Shown: positions 10,754 to 24,032, counted from the stretch's first letter. The stretch is DNA of 64,000 nucleotides from Centroscyllium fabricii (GCA_051313645.2 JBNRSN020000031.1:13826001-13890000); one strand, 5' to 3'. Translations and numbers: made by a program. Notes: generated from the sequence alone by a model not told the origin.

Positions 10754-13514
10754 GGGGTGGGGGTGGAGAGAGGTAGAAAGACCAGGGAAGCAGTAGTAAA
10801 ATGTTAAAGCCAAAATGATACAGACCAGTCATGATCTAATTGAATGGCAGAACAGGCTCGAGTCGTTGAATGGCCTCCTCCTGGCCTCAAAATATTTACG
10901 CTAAGGTGTGAACTTTGCCAGCCCCGGGGATGTGGATAAGGAGGCGGGACTTCCTGGAAAATGGCAGAATCTGGGGGTGGGTACCCATCCCATCCCCAAC
11001 CCACCTCCGTGCCATCTTCCCAGGCTGTAGGTACCCGACCCGCACTGGGAGCCACCTCCCCGAGGCGGGAAGGGGTTACTGCCAATTAACATTGTGGGGG
11101 GAATTTTAGGAGGTACATGAGTGCGGGTTTCTGGCAGGTCAGTTTCTAAAATTCCAATCCGGCGGGCGGGAAGGCACCCCGCCGGATCCCTGCCCATTTG
11201 GGATTTTCAGTGGCCGTGTTTTGCCGCCCCGCATGTTTCCTGCCCGCCGCCGGCAGGGATACAGATTGAGGTCGTTGAGGGCCCTTAATTGGATGGCTAA
11301 TCCTATTTTAAGGGCTGTCAGCTATTTTAGCCCTCTTCCCACCCAAAACTGCCTGGTGAAAACCCCGCCATGAAAAAGGTGGTGGGAACCCAGGCAGCTG
11401 GGCGTCTACCACCTTCAGGGCATGGGTACAGCACACATACAGCAGCTTGCTAGCCTCCACCATGCTGGAGGTGCAGCTGCCACCCAAGGGTGAGAAACTT
11501 CAGAGCCCAAAACCTTGAAATCATTCATCTTCAAATCGCTCCTATTCAACAGAGATCACGCTGCTGCGCTGTCTGTGAGCCCAGCTGTCAATCACCCAGG
11601 GGATCAGTTTCTGTTTACATTACATTGAAACCACAAACAAACAGTGACTCAATTCAGCTGTTTGTTTTGTGGTTTCAAGTGTTCCTTTCATAGTCTGACT
11701 CACAGAGGCTATGTAAGCATAGAAACAAAAGCAACACTTTAGATCTGTCAATCAAGCTTAGTGAGTTCTTACTACTCAGGCCTGTCAATGAACAGCCCAC
11801 CCAACTCAAACTGTGAATGTAAAGGGCTATGTTCCCACCCATTAGTGTGTATTGGAAGCCCGACAGTTCGGCGGGGATTTAATTGGCCACTTGAGCCAAA
11901 ATTGCTCGGGCCTCCCAGGTCCTTGGGCGGGCGGGACAGAAAACTGACCTGCCCAAGACTCGCCAGCTTCCCACAGCTTTTTAAAAATTACCCCCTCTGC
12001 TAACAGGTAGTTAACAGGCAGTTTTTTTTGAGAATCACTATTTTCAGCCCAGAAGTGTGGGCTTCCTGATGTCTCCAAACCTCGCCAGGGTCAGCAAGGC
12101 GGGCCATTGGTCTGCAGGGCCGGAGGGGCCGAGATGTCCAGTGTGCAGGTGAGTGATGAGTGCAAGTTTGGAGAGGTAAGTGTGTGAGGTGTGTGTAGAG
12201 TGTTTTAATAAGTTTTACTTACCTTTACTTCTTTCTGCAGGCTTCCTCCCTTCAGTTCTCTGGAGTCCCTCAGCTCACTGGCACAGAAAGCAGAATGGCC
12301 GCTGAACTGTCAGAAGCTGCAGCCTTCTGCTTTCTGCTCAGGAGAGCTCTCTAACTGAGCCTGAGTGGGGGGACTCAAATTAGAGGACAGATTGTCAGTG
12401 TTTGACAGCTTCACAGAGCCGTCAAACGATGACATTTCATCTGTTAAAAGCTCTTGACAGATGAAACGGCACTCGCTGACATCACCTGTAACCAGCTTTC
12501 CCTTAATTGGCCTGCTGAGCCCGCTGGGCGGGGCTTAACAAGGTCATTCAAGGGGAAATAGCGTGGATTGGCCACAAGTCGATGGAGGCGGTACTAAAAC
12601 CTGACAAATAGGAGTCCCGCCTCCAAAAGCTCCCCATTGACAAAATCCAGCCCTAAATGTCACAGGAACGGTTAGCCACTTTGGGGGTCGATTTTGATTC
12701 CCTTTGCCTGGCTAACGGGGCATTAACGGCCTCAAAATGGGGCCAGTCACCTTACCACCAGCCCCCCTCCCCAACATTAACACCACCGCCATTTTGAAAG
12801 GGATCTACCGTCTACTACTTCAGGCGAGAGGCCCCTTTTAATATGGAAATCGGGGTCCTATGAAGTAAATAGGATCCGCGGTGTCCATTTTAGGTTGGAG
12901 TGTACGCAGTGCTGTGACATTTATTCACTGCGGCGACATCGCTGGTGAATATCGCAGCATTATAGAATTCTAGAATCGTACAGCGCAGAAGAAAGCCATT
13001 CGGCCCATTGTGCCTGTGCCGGCTCTTTGAAAGAGCTGTAAAATGAGTTCCACTGCCCTTGCTCTTTCCCCATTGCCCTGATTTTTTTCCCGTTTGAGTA
13101 TTTATCCAGCTCCATAAATATTTATGTCCAACTGGTTGGCAAACAGCCAGAAAAGGCCTGCCGAACGAAACCCATGGCCCCTTTAAGAAACGTTCCTGAA
13201 GTCCTGTGGCCAGGTTCAGTCATTAAAATCGGATAAATCATCAGGGGTGACACAAGAAAACATGCATTTCACTCTCGCAAACTTGGAGGGATAAATGCAA
13301 ATCCAAGTGATATGAGGCTACTTAGCATTTATTATAATCCAAACACTAATTAGCTTCATTGAAGCATGAACATGAAGTCCTAATCCTGTTAATGTGCTGT
13401 TCGGAGGAAGGATGAGATGAAAGTCCATCTTTTGATATGCAACACAAAGCCCCACTCTTGTTGTTTTTGTCTATTGTGGCTTAAAAATATTACAAAAAAA
13501 ACAATAGAGAGGCA

Positions 13515-13697
13515 CTCTAGAAGGTGCAAAAAAGATTCACAAGGATGACACTAGAGCTGAGAAATTATAACTATCAGGAAAGATTGAACAGGCTGAGGAT
13601 CTTTTCTCTCGCAAACAGAAGGATGAAAGGTGACCCGATAGAGGTCTTTAAAGTTATGATGCAGTTCGATAGGGTAGATGGGGAGAAAATGTTTCCA
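13515..13697 (+). repeat. CR1 LINE RT C-terminal fragment
   Basis: Peptide QKRFTRM...YQERLNRL...RRMKGDPIEVFK resembles the C-terminus of the 17656-19179 ORF. Confidence 0.7.
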
Positions 13698-14712
13698 CTT
13701 CAATTCAATTCAATTCAAGTTTTATTGTCATTGCAGAGTTGGCATCGGGTGCTGCTCCTTGTTCACGTGGTGCGGGAGGTAGAAGAGGCAGTCGGGCCCT
13801 TATCGGGCCGTTGGTCGGCGTCGAGCGCTATTCCATCTCTCCATTCATGGAGCAGTGGTCGGAGTCGGGACTAGTTTCTTCAATCCAGGAACTGAGAAAT
13901 TGGTTTGGCCTGCGTGGTCTGTGGTCGGATGGATGGTCGGTGATTGGGTCGCTTTCTGGACTCCCTTAAACACTGATTAACTTGAACATATTTATATTTA
14001 TATATATATTGAATTGATTGAAGATTTGTTTTTTTAATAACGTCGAATCTAGGAACCGGAGCACATGCGGACCCTCAACGATGGCGCCGGAAAAATGGCT
14101 TGACGTCTTGTGGGTTCTCACGTGCTGTGTGTCTTTGTTCTTGTTGTATAGTTGTAGTTGTTTAGTTGTTATATAGTGCGTGAAACTGCAGTAAGCATTT
14201 CACCTTCTGAATTTAATGTTTATTTTCAGTTGTGTGACAATAAAATCTTTACTTACTTACTTACTTACTTACTAGTACAATACAACGAGACGAAGACTCA
14301 ATGCTCCCGAGAGTAGTGCAAATAAATTACATGCAAATTGCATACAGTAAAGTACATTATCAGGCGTGCAGGTACCGGAGTTTATTTTTAGAGTTCAGGA
14401 GGCTGACAGCCCTGGGGAAGAAGCTGTTCTTAAATCTAGTCGTGCGGGTACGAATTGATCTGTAGCGTCTCCCGGAGGGCAGGGGGGCGAACAGACTGTG
14501 GCTGGGGTGTGTGGGGTCTTTAATAATGTTCAGAGACCTCCGTAAGCAGCGTTTGAGGTAGATGCTTTCCACTGACGGTAGCTGGGTACCGGTGATTCGT
14601 TGGGCAGTTTTGACTACCCGCTGCAGGGTTTTCCGGTCCGAGATAGTGCAATTTCCATACCAGACTGTGTTGCAGCTTGTCAGTATGCTTTCTATTGTGC
14701 AGCGGTAGAAGG
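13698..14712 (-). mobile_element. Rex1/Babar-type LINE 3' fragment, interrupted at 13740-14269
   Basis: Peptide FYRCTIESILT...VWYG...LQRVVKTAQRITG...LPSGRRYRS...RFKNSFFP with a (TTGAA)n tail. An uninterrupted near-identical copy lies at 59779-60200. Confidence 0.85.
13740..14269 (+). mobile_element. 3' end of an unidentified retroposon with a (TTAC)n tail
   Basis: Splits the Rex1 3' UTR (compare GCAGAGT|ACTAG at 59809-59820) and ends AATAAA followed by (TTAC)n. Confidence 0.65.
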
Positions 14713-15545
14713 GGGGGGTGTCCAAAACTAGAGGTCATAAATATAAATTCGGTCACGAAGGTGGGGATTATCCCGAAGGTGCGGCGATTTGGCGGGTTTT
14801 GGTCGGGTCGGGTTTCTGGCCTGCCCGCCCAAGGGCCTGGGGACCCCACGCAAATTTGGCTTAAGTGGCCAATTAATTCCCCGCGTGTGGGGAGCCACTT
14901 CCAATTGCCTGAATCAAGTCGGAAAGCAACGGGCTGCAGCTGGGAGCCAGAGCTTTGATTGACAGTTCTAGGGACTGTCTGTTGTCAGTTTCCATGGAAA
15001 CAGTCCACTGTGACATCACAGTGGAGTGCAACCAATCGCAAAGCCCAAGTGTGTTGGGTGACAGGTGTAAGGACGCTCTGGAAATCTTTAGAGTTCGGGA
15101 CCAAGCATTTCATCATCTGTCAAGGTGAGTCTTTTCAGTGTTTTCTCCACAGATGGTCATCAGGAAAGGAAGTCACTTACACCTCCAGGGTGTTGAAGGC
15201 CTGGAAAGCATTCTGCTCTAGGTCCTTCAATGCCTTGAAGGTGAAAGCGACCAAGCCGACTGTGATCCCGCTAGCGGGGTTTCAGGATGGCGGGGAATGG
15301 GTGAGAAGGCCTTTACAATCACGAGGGGCCCTTAAAATGCGATTATCCATGGCAATTAAGGGCCCCTAATTACCTCAACGATCAGCCCCGCCGATGTTGG
15401 GCGGGAAAGAATCGGGGCAGAAAAACAGGCCCGCGGAAAAGTGCAAATCGGTGGGGATCCGACGGGGGGAGGGGGGTCGTGACCCCCCGGTTTCGCAATT
15501 TTAGGCCCCGCCCTGCCGGAAACCCCCCTTAGAAATCCAATAGGG

Positions 15546-15782
15546 AATTCAGGAAAACCTCTTTACCCAGAGAGTGGTTAGAATGTGGAACTCACTACCA
15601 CAGGGAGTAGTTGAGGTGAATAGCAGAGATGCATTTAAGGGGAAGATGGATAAACACATGAGGGAGAAAGAAATAGAAGGATATGCTGATAGGATGAGAT
15701 GAAGTAGGGTGAAAGGAGGCTCGTGTGGAGCATAAACACCTGCATAGATCTGTTGGGCCGAATGGCCTGTTTCTGTGCTGTA
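15546..15782 (+). repeat. CR1-type LINE 3' end fragment
   Basis: FTQRVVRMWNSLPQ...F-type sequence followed by a GGGCCGAATGGCCTG 3' UTR. Confidence 0.7.
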
Positions 15783-15891
15783 TAAGAGCTTCACCCTTGT
15801 GTCCAAACCTCTACTTGATCCCTTAACTCCTTCCACTTAACCTCCATAATCTCTTTCAGCTGTAAGTCGCCACATAAACCCTCTTCCAAAA

Positions 15892-16047
15892 GCAAAATAC
15901 TGCGGATGTTGGAAATCTGAAATAAAAACAGAAAATGCTGGAAATACTCAGCAGGTCAGGCAGCATCTGTGGAGAGAGAAACAGAGTTAACGTTTCAGGT
16001 TGGTGACCTTGACCCGCTGAGTATTTCCAGCATTTTCTGTTTTTATT
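15892..16047. repeat. Short inverted-repeat fragment, probably Penelope pLTR-derived
   Basis: AATAAAAACAGAAAATGCTGGAAATACTCAGC is mirrored by GCTGAGTATTTCCAGCATTTTCTGTTTTTATT. Confidence 0.5.
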
Positions 16048-17307
16048 ACATAAACCCTCTGTTCCTCCAACACTAACTTATTTCTCGGTTTCTTCCTCCC
16101 CATTCCGCTCTCCACCTCTGGTGGTCATTCTTTCAGCCACTGTGCTGCCGGCCTGTGGAACTTTCTGCTTTCTTTAAGTTATGTCTGTTTTCCTGACCAC
16201 CAACCCCCCCCCCCCCCCCACCACCCCCACCCACCACCAACTCCCCACTCCCAGACAGGTCCTCAACATTATTTTCATGCCAGCGGTCACTTCATCAGTC
16301 ATATATTTCACACTTTAGCATCTTCTTTGCATATTCAAAGTCTTCTCTTCCCCCACCAAAAATATGCTTGCGTTGCAGCATTACTGAGCTTACTAACACT
16401 TGCCGGGCCTTGCTGGTAAATCAACATTTCCTGTTGCTGTTGAATTATTTTACCATAGTATTGCTCACTGGATCGCTGGATGAACAAACGTTCAGCGATT
16501 ATTACTGCTGAAGTGTCTCATTAGCTGCCCGAGAAGCATGTAAAGAGCCTTTATTACCAGAGCATCATGATTTATTGCTGCTCACCTAATCGCATACGAA
16601 GATATCGTCTGGTTTGAAAACTTTCCAATCCCGCTCGATCATTAGAGATTCATTGGGGTAGAAATTGGACAACGCCCGAAGCTGGGCGGGTTTCCGGCAG
16701 AGTACAGCGAGGCCTGAGGACCGTCCTAACCCGGTCCAAGGACCCTAATCGCCATGTTTCCGCTGAGCACCTCTCCATCCGGGGTCTAGCCAATCTTGGC
16801 CAGCGGCTAGGCACACAGATAAGTTCGGGGAGTGGGGATGGCGATCAGGGGTGGGGGTGCAGGGGCTGCGAACGCCAGTTGACAGTGACCTGCAGTTGTT
16901 TTTGTGAAGCCAGGAGGAGCACGCCTACTCCTTCATTGCCCGTGAAATATTTAATTCCTCAAAGCTTTCGGGTCTTTTTTTGAGCAGCGTCCAGTGGTCC
17001 CTTTAAGAACCGCTGGTTAGGCTACTTAAGATGTGTAAACACTAATTGGTGCTTCTGACTACCATTGGCGCAAAGCGCCACCATTGGCGGTGATGCCTTC
17101 AGCTGCCTAGGGCCTAAGCTCTGGAATTCCCTCCCTAAACCTCTCCACCTCTCTCTCCTCTTTTAAGTCACTCCTTAAAACCTACCTCTTTGACTAAGCT
17201 TTTGGTCACCTGTCCTGACATCTCCTTATGTGGTTCGGTATCAAATTTTGTCTGATTGCGCTCCTGTGAAGTGCCGTGGGACATTTTACTACATTAAAGG
17301 CGCTATA

Positions 17308-17552
17308 TGTGGTAAACCACTGTATTGTACATATTGTATTATAGTCCACTGCATGTAACCTGTCTGGGCATGCCCCTGCTGGCCCCGACTGTGGCTCCTC
17401 CCCCGGACCCAGGTATAAGGGTGACTGCTCCCCAACCCTCCTTCAGTCTTGGACCAGTCACTCAGCAGAAAGGAATCCTCCTTCTTAGCGAATAAAAACC
17501 TATCGTTTATTCACATAACTTCTAGTCTTTTGAGGTTATTGATAGTGCATCA
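17308..17552 (+). mobile_element. Solo Gypsy LTR (245 bp)
   Basis: TGTGG...CATCA termini, TATA-like TATAA, AATAAA, and TSD CTATA (17303-17307, 17553-17557). Inserted in the tail of an L2-type repeat that resumes near 20102. Confidence 0.85.
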
Positions 17553-17557
17553 CTATA

Positions 17558-20101
17558 TAGATACATAGATACATAGAAAATAGGTGCAGGAGTAGACCAT
17601 TCGGCCCTTCGAGCCTGCACCGCCATTCAACACGTTCATGGCTGAACATGCTACATCAGTACCCCATTCCTGCTTTCTCGCCATATCCCTTGATCCCCCT
17701 AGTTGTAAGTATTACATCTAACTCTCTTTTGAATATATTTAGTGAACTGGCCTCAACAACTTTCTGTGGTAGAGAATTCCACAGGTTCACCACTTTCTGG
17801 GTGAAGAAGTTTCTCCTCATCTCAGTCCTAAATGGCTTACCCCTTATCCTTAGTCTGTGCCCCCTGGTTCTGGACTTCCCCAACATTGGGAACATTCTGC
17901 CCGCATCCAACCTGTCCAAACCCGTCAGGATTTTAAACGTTTCTATGAGATCCCCCCTCATTCTTCTGAACTCCAGAGAGTACAAGTTCAGTTGATCCAG
18001 TCTTTCTTGATATGTCAGTCCGGCCATCCCGGGAATCAATCTAGTAAACCTTCGCTGCACTCCCTCAATAGCAAGAATGTCCTTCCTCAAGTTAGGAGAC
18101 CAAAACTGCACACAATACTCCAAGTGTGGTCTCACCAAGGCCCTGTACAACTGTAGCAACACCTCCCTACTCCTGTACTCAAATCCCCTTGCTATGAAGG
18201 CCAACATGCCATTTGCTTTCTTGACTGCCTGCTGTACCTGCATTTCCACCTTCAGTGACTGATGTACCATGACGCCCAGGTCTCGTTGCACCTCCCCTTT
18301 CCCTAATCTGCCACCATTCAGATAATAGTCTATCTCTCTATTTTTACCGCCAAAGTGGATAACCTCACATTTATCCACATTGTACGTCATCTGCCATACA
18401 TTTGCCCATTCACCTAACCTGTCCAAGTCACTCTGTAGCCTCTTAGCATCCTCCTCGCAGCTCACACTGCCTCCCAATTTAGTGTCATCCACAAATTTGG
18501 AGATACAACATTTAATCGCTTCGTCCAAATCATTAATATATAATGTAAACAGCTGGGGCCCCAGCACCGAACCTTGCGGTACCCTGCTGGTCACTGCCTG
18601 CCATTCTGAAAAGTACCCATTTACTCCTACTCTTTGTTTCCTGTGTGCCAACCAGTTCTCAATCCATGTCAACACATTGCCCCCAATCCCATGTGCTTTA
18701 ACTTTGCATACCACTCTCTTGTGTGGGACCTTGTCGAAAGCCTTCTGAAAGTCCAGATACACCACATCAACTGGTTCTCCCTTGTCTACTCTGTTGGAAA
18801 CATCCTCAAAAAATTCCAGAAGATTTGTCAAGCATGATTTCCCTTTCACAAATCCATGCTGACTTGGACCTATCATGTCACCACTTTCCAAATGGTCTGC
18901 TATGACATCCTTAACAATTGATTCCATCATTTTACCCACTACCGATGTCAGGCTGACCGGTCTGTAATTCCCTGTTTTCTCCCTCCCTCCTTTTTTAAAA
19001 AGTGGGGTTACGTTAGCCACCCTCCACTCCATCGGAACTGATCCAGAGTCCATGGAATGCTGGAAAATGATCGTCAATGCATCCACTATTTCCAAGGCCA
19101 CCTCCTTAAGTACTCTGGGATGCAGACCATCAGGCCCTGGGGATTTATCAGCCTTCAGTCCCAACAATTTCCCCAACACATTTTCCCGATTAAATAGGAT
19201 CTCCCTCAGCTCCTCATTTTTTACTAGACCCTCTGACCCCTTTTATGTCCGGAAGGTTGTTTGTGTCCTCATTAGTAAATATCGAACCAAAGCACTTGTT
19301 CAATTGATCTGCCATTTCTTTGTTCCCCATTATGACTTCCCCTGCCTCCGACTGCAGGGGACCTATGTTTGTTTTTACTAACCTCTTTCTCTTTACATAT
19401 CTATAGAAACTTTTGCAGTCCGTTTTAATGTTCTCTGCAAGCTTCCTTTCATATTCTATTTTCCCTGCCTTAATCAAACCCTTCGTCCTCCTCTGCTGAG
19501 TTTTAAATTTCTCCCAGCCCCCGGGTTTGCTGCTACATTTGGCCAATTTGTATGCCACTTCCTTGGCTTTAATACCATCCCTGATTTCCCTTGTTAGCCA
19601 TGGTTGAGACACCTTCCCTTTTTTATTTTTACGCCAGACAGGGATGTACAATTGTTGCAGTTCCTCCATGTGATCTCTAAATGTCTGCCACTGCCCATTC
19701 ACTCATAACCCCTTAAATATCATTTGCCAGTTTAACCTAGCCAATTCACGCCTCATACCTTCGAAGTTGCCCTTATTTAAGTTTTGGACCATGGTCTCTG
19801 AATTAACTGTTTCCTTCTCCATCCTAATGTAGAACTCCACCATACTATGGTCACTCTTCCCCAAGGGGCCTCGCACCACAGGATTGCTAATTAGTCCTCC
19901 CTCATTACACAACACCCAGTCCAGGATGGGCTCCCCTCTAGTTGGTTCCTCAACATATTGTTCTAGGAAACCATCCCTTAGGCACTCCAGGAAATCTTCC
20001 TCTACTGTGTTGGTTCCAGTTTGAGTAGCCCAATCTATATGCATATTAAAGTCACCCATGATAACTGCTGTGCCTTTATTGCACGCACCCCTTATTTCCT
20101 G
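17558..20101 (-). mobile_element. 5'-truncated CR1 (HER1-like) LINE with stop-interrupted ORF2
   Basis: ORFs 19703-20200, 19214-19702 and 17656-19179 are contiguous pieces of one frame. APE motifs MGDFN, PTRG, LD, SDH. RT motifs KSPGPDG, YRPVSLT, QHGF, YLDFQKAFD, PQGSVLGP, FVDD. 3' tail (TATGTATC)n. Confidence 0.92.
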
Positions 20102-20817
20102 TATAAAAGCAAGTTGTTGTTGTATTCCAACCGAATTTAGGAATCTGGCTTGGAAATGGGCGCAGGAGCCTCCTTTCAAAATTGGGCCCCCCCCCTTCAA
20201 AAAAAGATCGCGACCAACTTAGCAGTGGCCACAATGCCCCAGCAGATCAGGCACAGGCCTCTATCCTGCTAAATTGGTTCTCAATTTGTACCCGTATAAA
20301 TGGGCACAAAAGTGTTGAATTTATGTCCCATTAACTTGTGCAAAAAATATGCATTTATCCCCTTTTTTCATGACAAGAGCACTGTCAGGACCAATGTGTC
20401 TGTAACACCAGAAAGATCAGCTAATGCTCCAGCTCCTGCTTCTAATGCGGATAATTGGTTTGTGCCATTATAATCTAAAGTGTATTTTGTACTCATTAAG
20501 GTGATGGCTGACAACTAAAGAATGAGAAAATGTATCCTTTTTGTTCCAAGTACAAGCGTTACCTATTTCCAGGTCAGCTGGAAATATAGAGCACACTCTT
20601 CACGGCCCACTCATAATCTGAACTTCAAATCAACACTTCCAGCAATGCCGACCTTGAAGACGTTTTGCTCCTCGCTGGGATTTTCATTTGTCCCCTGTTA
20701 CCCTGTTGCTAGCTATCTCCCTTTTGTGCTTGACCATGGGTTTGCTGAAACTCGCTTTCTCAGGCTTCTGGTGAGGGATTATCAACCGGAAACATTAACC
20801 CCACCTCTCCAACGGGA

Positions 20818-21192
20818 TAGACTTGCATTTATGATGTGCCTTTCGCAACCTAAGGCCATCCCAAAGCACTTCATGTGTACTGAAATATTTTCAAGCTGTA
20901 GTCGCCGTGGCAGCCAATTTGAACACAGCAAGCTCCCACAAACAGCAGTGAGGTGATGACCAGATTGAATCTGTTTTAGTGATATTGGCCAGGGCACCGA
21001 AGAGATCCTTTCTTTGAATAGTATGGTCGGACCTCTTATGTCCATCTGATAGGCTTTATCATCTGATCTGTAAGACATCGCCTCCAACAGTGCAGCCCTA
21101 GATTTTGTGCTCACGTTACAGGAGCGGGACTATGAACCCACAACCTTCTGACTCAGGGGCGAGAGTGCTACCCACTGAGCCACAGCTGACAC
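20818..21192 (-). mobile_element. DeuSINE-like SINE
   Basis: Reverse-complement homology to 7927-8190 plus 9616-9786, with a tRNA-like head at 21120-21192. Confidence 0.7.
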
Positions 21193-21213
21193 CTATTTCC
21201 TATCTCCACAGAT

Positions 21214-22847
21214 GGGCGGCACGGTGGCATAGTGGTTAGCACTGTTGCCTTACAGCACTAGAGACCCGGGTTCAAATCCAGCCTCGGGTGACTATCTGTG
21301 TGGAGTTTTCACATTCTCCCCGTGTCTGCGTGGGTTTCCTCCGGGTGCTCCGGTTTCCTCCCACAGTCCAAAGATGTGCGGGTTAGGTTGATTGGCCAGG
21401 ATAAATTGACCCTCAGTGTAACGGTGGTGTGTGGGGCCCAAATGCATAAACACTGATGAAACAGTCTAGACCTTAAATCCTTTAATATACCAACATGTTT
21501 TAAAAGACATACATGCATTCATACAAAATCCATAAACATCGAAACACAAGTCTTGACCGAAGACAGGCACAAACTTAATACAGATTATTAAACCCTCGAG
21601 ACACTCAGATTAGAGTATCTAAAATACAGAAAGGGCCTAATAACTTATTTAACCCTCGAGACACTCAGATTAGAGTATCTTAAATACAGAAAGGGCCTAA
21701 TAAGAAGTGGTAATGATAAGTCCAAAGTTGAGTACAGGTGATTGCAACAATGTCCTGACCTCCGGAACACTCAACATAGAGCATCCCTGGATATGGTCTT
21801 TCGGTGGTCATCCTCAGAACTTCCAGAACACCCGGTCAAGAGCGTCCAGGATATAAAAAGGGCCTCATTGCCGCAGGAATGAAATATGATTACAACAATG
21901 TCCTGACCTCCGGAACACTCAACCTAGAGTATCCCCGGATATGGTCTTTCGGTGGTCATCCTCAGAACTTCCAGAACACCCGGTCAAGAGCGTCCAGGAT
22001 ATAAAAAGGGCCTCATTGCCGTAGGAATGAAATATGATTGCAACAATGTCCTGACCTCCGGAACACTCAACCTAGAGCATCCCTGGATATGGTCTTTCGG
22101 TGGTCATCCTCAGAACTTCCAGAACACTCGGTCAAGAGCGTCCAGGATATAAAAAGGGCCTCATTGCTGCAGGAATCAAATAAGCAATGTCCATGAAGTA
22201 TTATTGGAAAGTCCAAAACTGATACAGGTGATGAAGCACAGTGTCCAGAAGTAGGATATAGGAATCCTCCGGAGTCCCCTGTTCAACAGGGACCCATCTC
22301 CTCCAGTGACTTCAGAGGAAGGAATCCAAAACCCAGCTCACTGTCTTCCACAGAAACTGCCAAGTGTACTTGCTCCCTTGATAGAATGAAGAGCTCTACA
22401 ATGATCCCGCGGCTGTCTGTTCAAACCATTCAGCTAATAAGCCAAACAGCCAACCCAGATTGATTAGTGTTACCCAATCAGATGCAGGTATTGATAACTA
22501 GCCACACATAGGTATGTGAACAACCAATTGAGGTACAATTAACAACACCAGAAAACAAAACCCAAAATACAAAATGGATACCTTAAAGAGGTATGCCAAA
22601 ATACAAAATGGATACCTTAAAGGGGTATGCCAACTGTGACACTCAGTGTTAGGGGGATTGAATAAGTGGGGTTACGGGGATAGGGTGGGATATGTGTTGG
22701 TGCAGGCTCGATAGGGATGTGGGGACAAGGCAGGGACAGGGTACTGGGTTTGGATGATCAGCCATGATCTCATTGAATGGCGGAGCAGGCTCGAAGGGCC
22801 GAATGGCCTACTCCTGCTCCTATCTTCTATGTCTCTTTGTTTCTATG
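21214..22847 (+). mobile_element. HE1-like V-SINE split by a solo LTR (parts 21214-21416 and 22642-22847)
   Basis: The two halves join to give a copy of 8372-8768. Confidence 0.85.
21417..22641 (-). mobile_element. Solo LTR (1225 bp) with internal tandem repeats
   Basis: TG...CA termini and TSD CTCAG (21412-21416, 22642-22646). Ends are homologous to 2991-4041. Contains about 3 copies of a 148-bp unit (21743-22180) and 2 copies of a 60-bp unit (21587-21702). Confidence 0.88.
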
Positions 22848-23432
22848 CTGGGTGACGTGCTGAGCATTTCAAGCACATTCTGTTTCTCCACTGTCCTGCA
22901 CAATGGGCCATGGCTTAGGGTTTCTTGAATCATTTTGATTTTTTTAATGCATTTATCAAAGTAAGAGATTGAAAAATTGGACGTGAGTTATTTGCAAGAC
23001 TGAAAGGCACAAGAATGTACTTAGAGTTATTGCTACTTTTGTGCCAATGTGCATTGAATAGAGAGACATTTCATATGTTGGGCTTAGAAGATCGAAAATG
23101 TCACAAACAATTTCTCTTCGGGCTTCATTTCATTTGCCTCCTCCTCTACAGTCGCACAAATGTGTTTGAAATGAAAGGACAGTGATGTAATTCATCGGAA
23201 TACTTAGGACCAAACATCTTTCCTGCCAAGTGAAAACGCAGTTAGAATCTCTAAGTATTCAGACGCATTAAAGTTTTAAATAGAATTTAATTGTTGTCAT
23301 TTTTGGTTGCCCTGAGTAGAATAGGGGGTGTTTGGTGTGTTGGAGGAAAGCCAGCTGTGCTTTTTTCTTGAAATCTATCGGTATTTCTTGTAACAGTAGA
23401 TTATTTTTGCTATCTATCTACGTTTCCTATTA

Positions 23433-24032
23433 CAGGTTGTGCACCATTAATCCGCCACGGGCGGGACCAGGCCCGTGCCGGGAAACTGAAAAAAACGGGA
23501 GAATGAAGCTGGACACTGTGCATGCGCACCATTCAAAATGGCCGCACGCATGCGCACAACATTGGGATTGGCTGGCGCGCGCATGCGCAGATCAACCAAT
23601 AATGGCCGCCGCAAAGTTTTTTGAGGGGCTCAGGCTTGTGTGGCGTTCCGTTTGCCTTTTAGGGCTGTCGGGCAGCAGTGAAAGGCCGGTGTTGCAGGGG
23701 GGTGGCTGCCGCCGAGCCGGACTCAGGCTGACAGCTGTTGCCTAGTGACTGTCCGCCTCAGTCACGGGGCTCAGCTGTTGAGAAAATAACCGGCGGCCGT
23801 ATTGAATTATCTGCGCATGCGCTGGCCGTCCGGCGACGCATGCGCAGATCATTCAAAACTCCCGGCAGCCGTTTTGTATGATCTGCGCATGCGCTCGGCG
23901 CATGCGCAGATCATTCGCCGAAGCCGCGATGGCGGCTGCCATCTTGCGCATGCGCAGTGCAGTCGGGGCAATTTGTGCCGGCAGACTGAAGCTGCCGGCT
24001 TTTCGGGACACGGATTCTCGGTGCACAACCTG
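23433..24032. mobile_element. MITE with CAGG TIRs and TA TSD
   Basis: CAGGTTGTGCACC...GGTGCACAACCTG flanked by TA on both sides. Related to 238-665 and rich in GCGCATGCGC palindromes. Confidence 0.85.

Noticed and set aside
20522-20956. 144-aa ORF, or a minus-strand exon ending at the AGGTAA near 20560
   Set aside because: The ORF runs into a SINE, the minus frames I checked contain stops, and there is no recognisable homology.
21743-22180. 148-bp repeats as a CRISPR-like array, or the ORFs 21804-22004 and 21952-22152 as genes
   Set aside because: The units are contiguous with no unique spacers, lie inside a solo LTR, and the context is eukaryotic with no cas genes.
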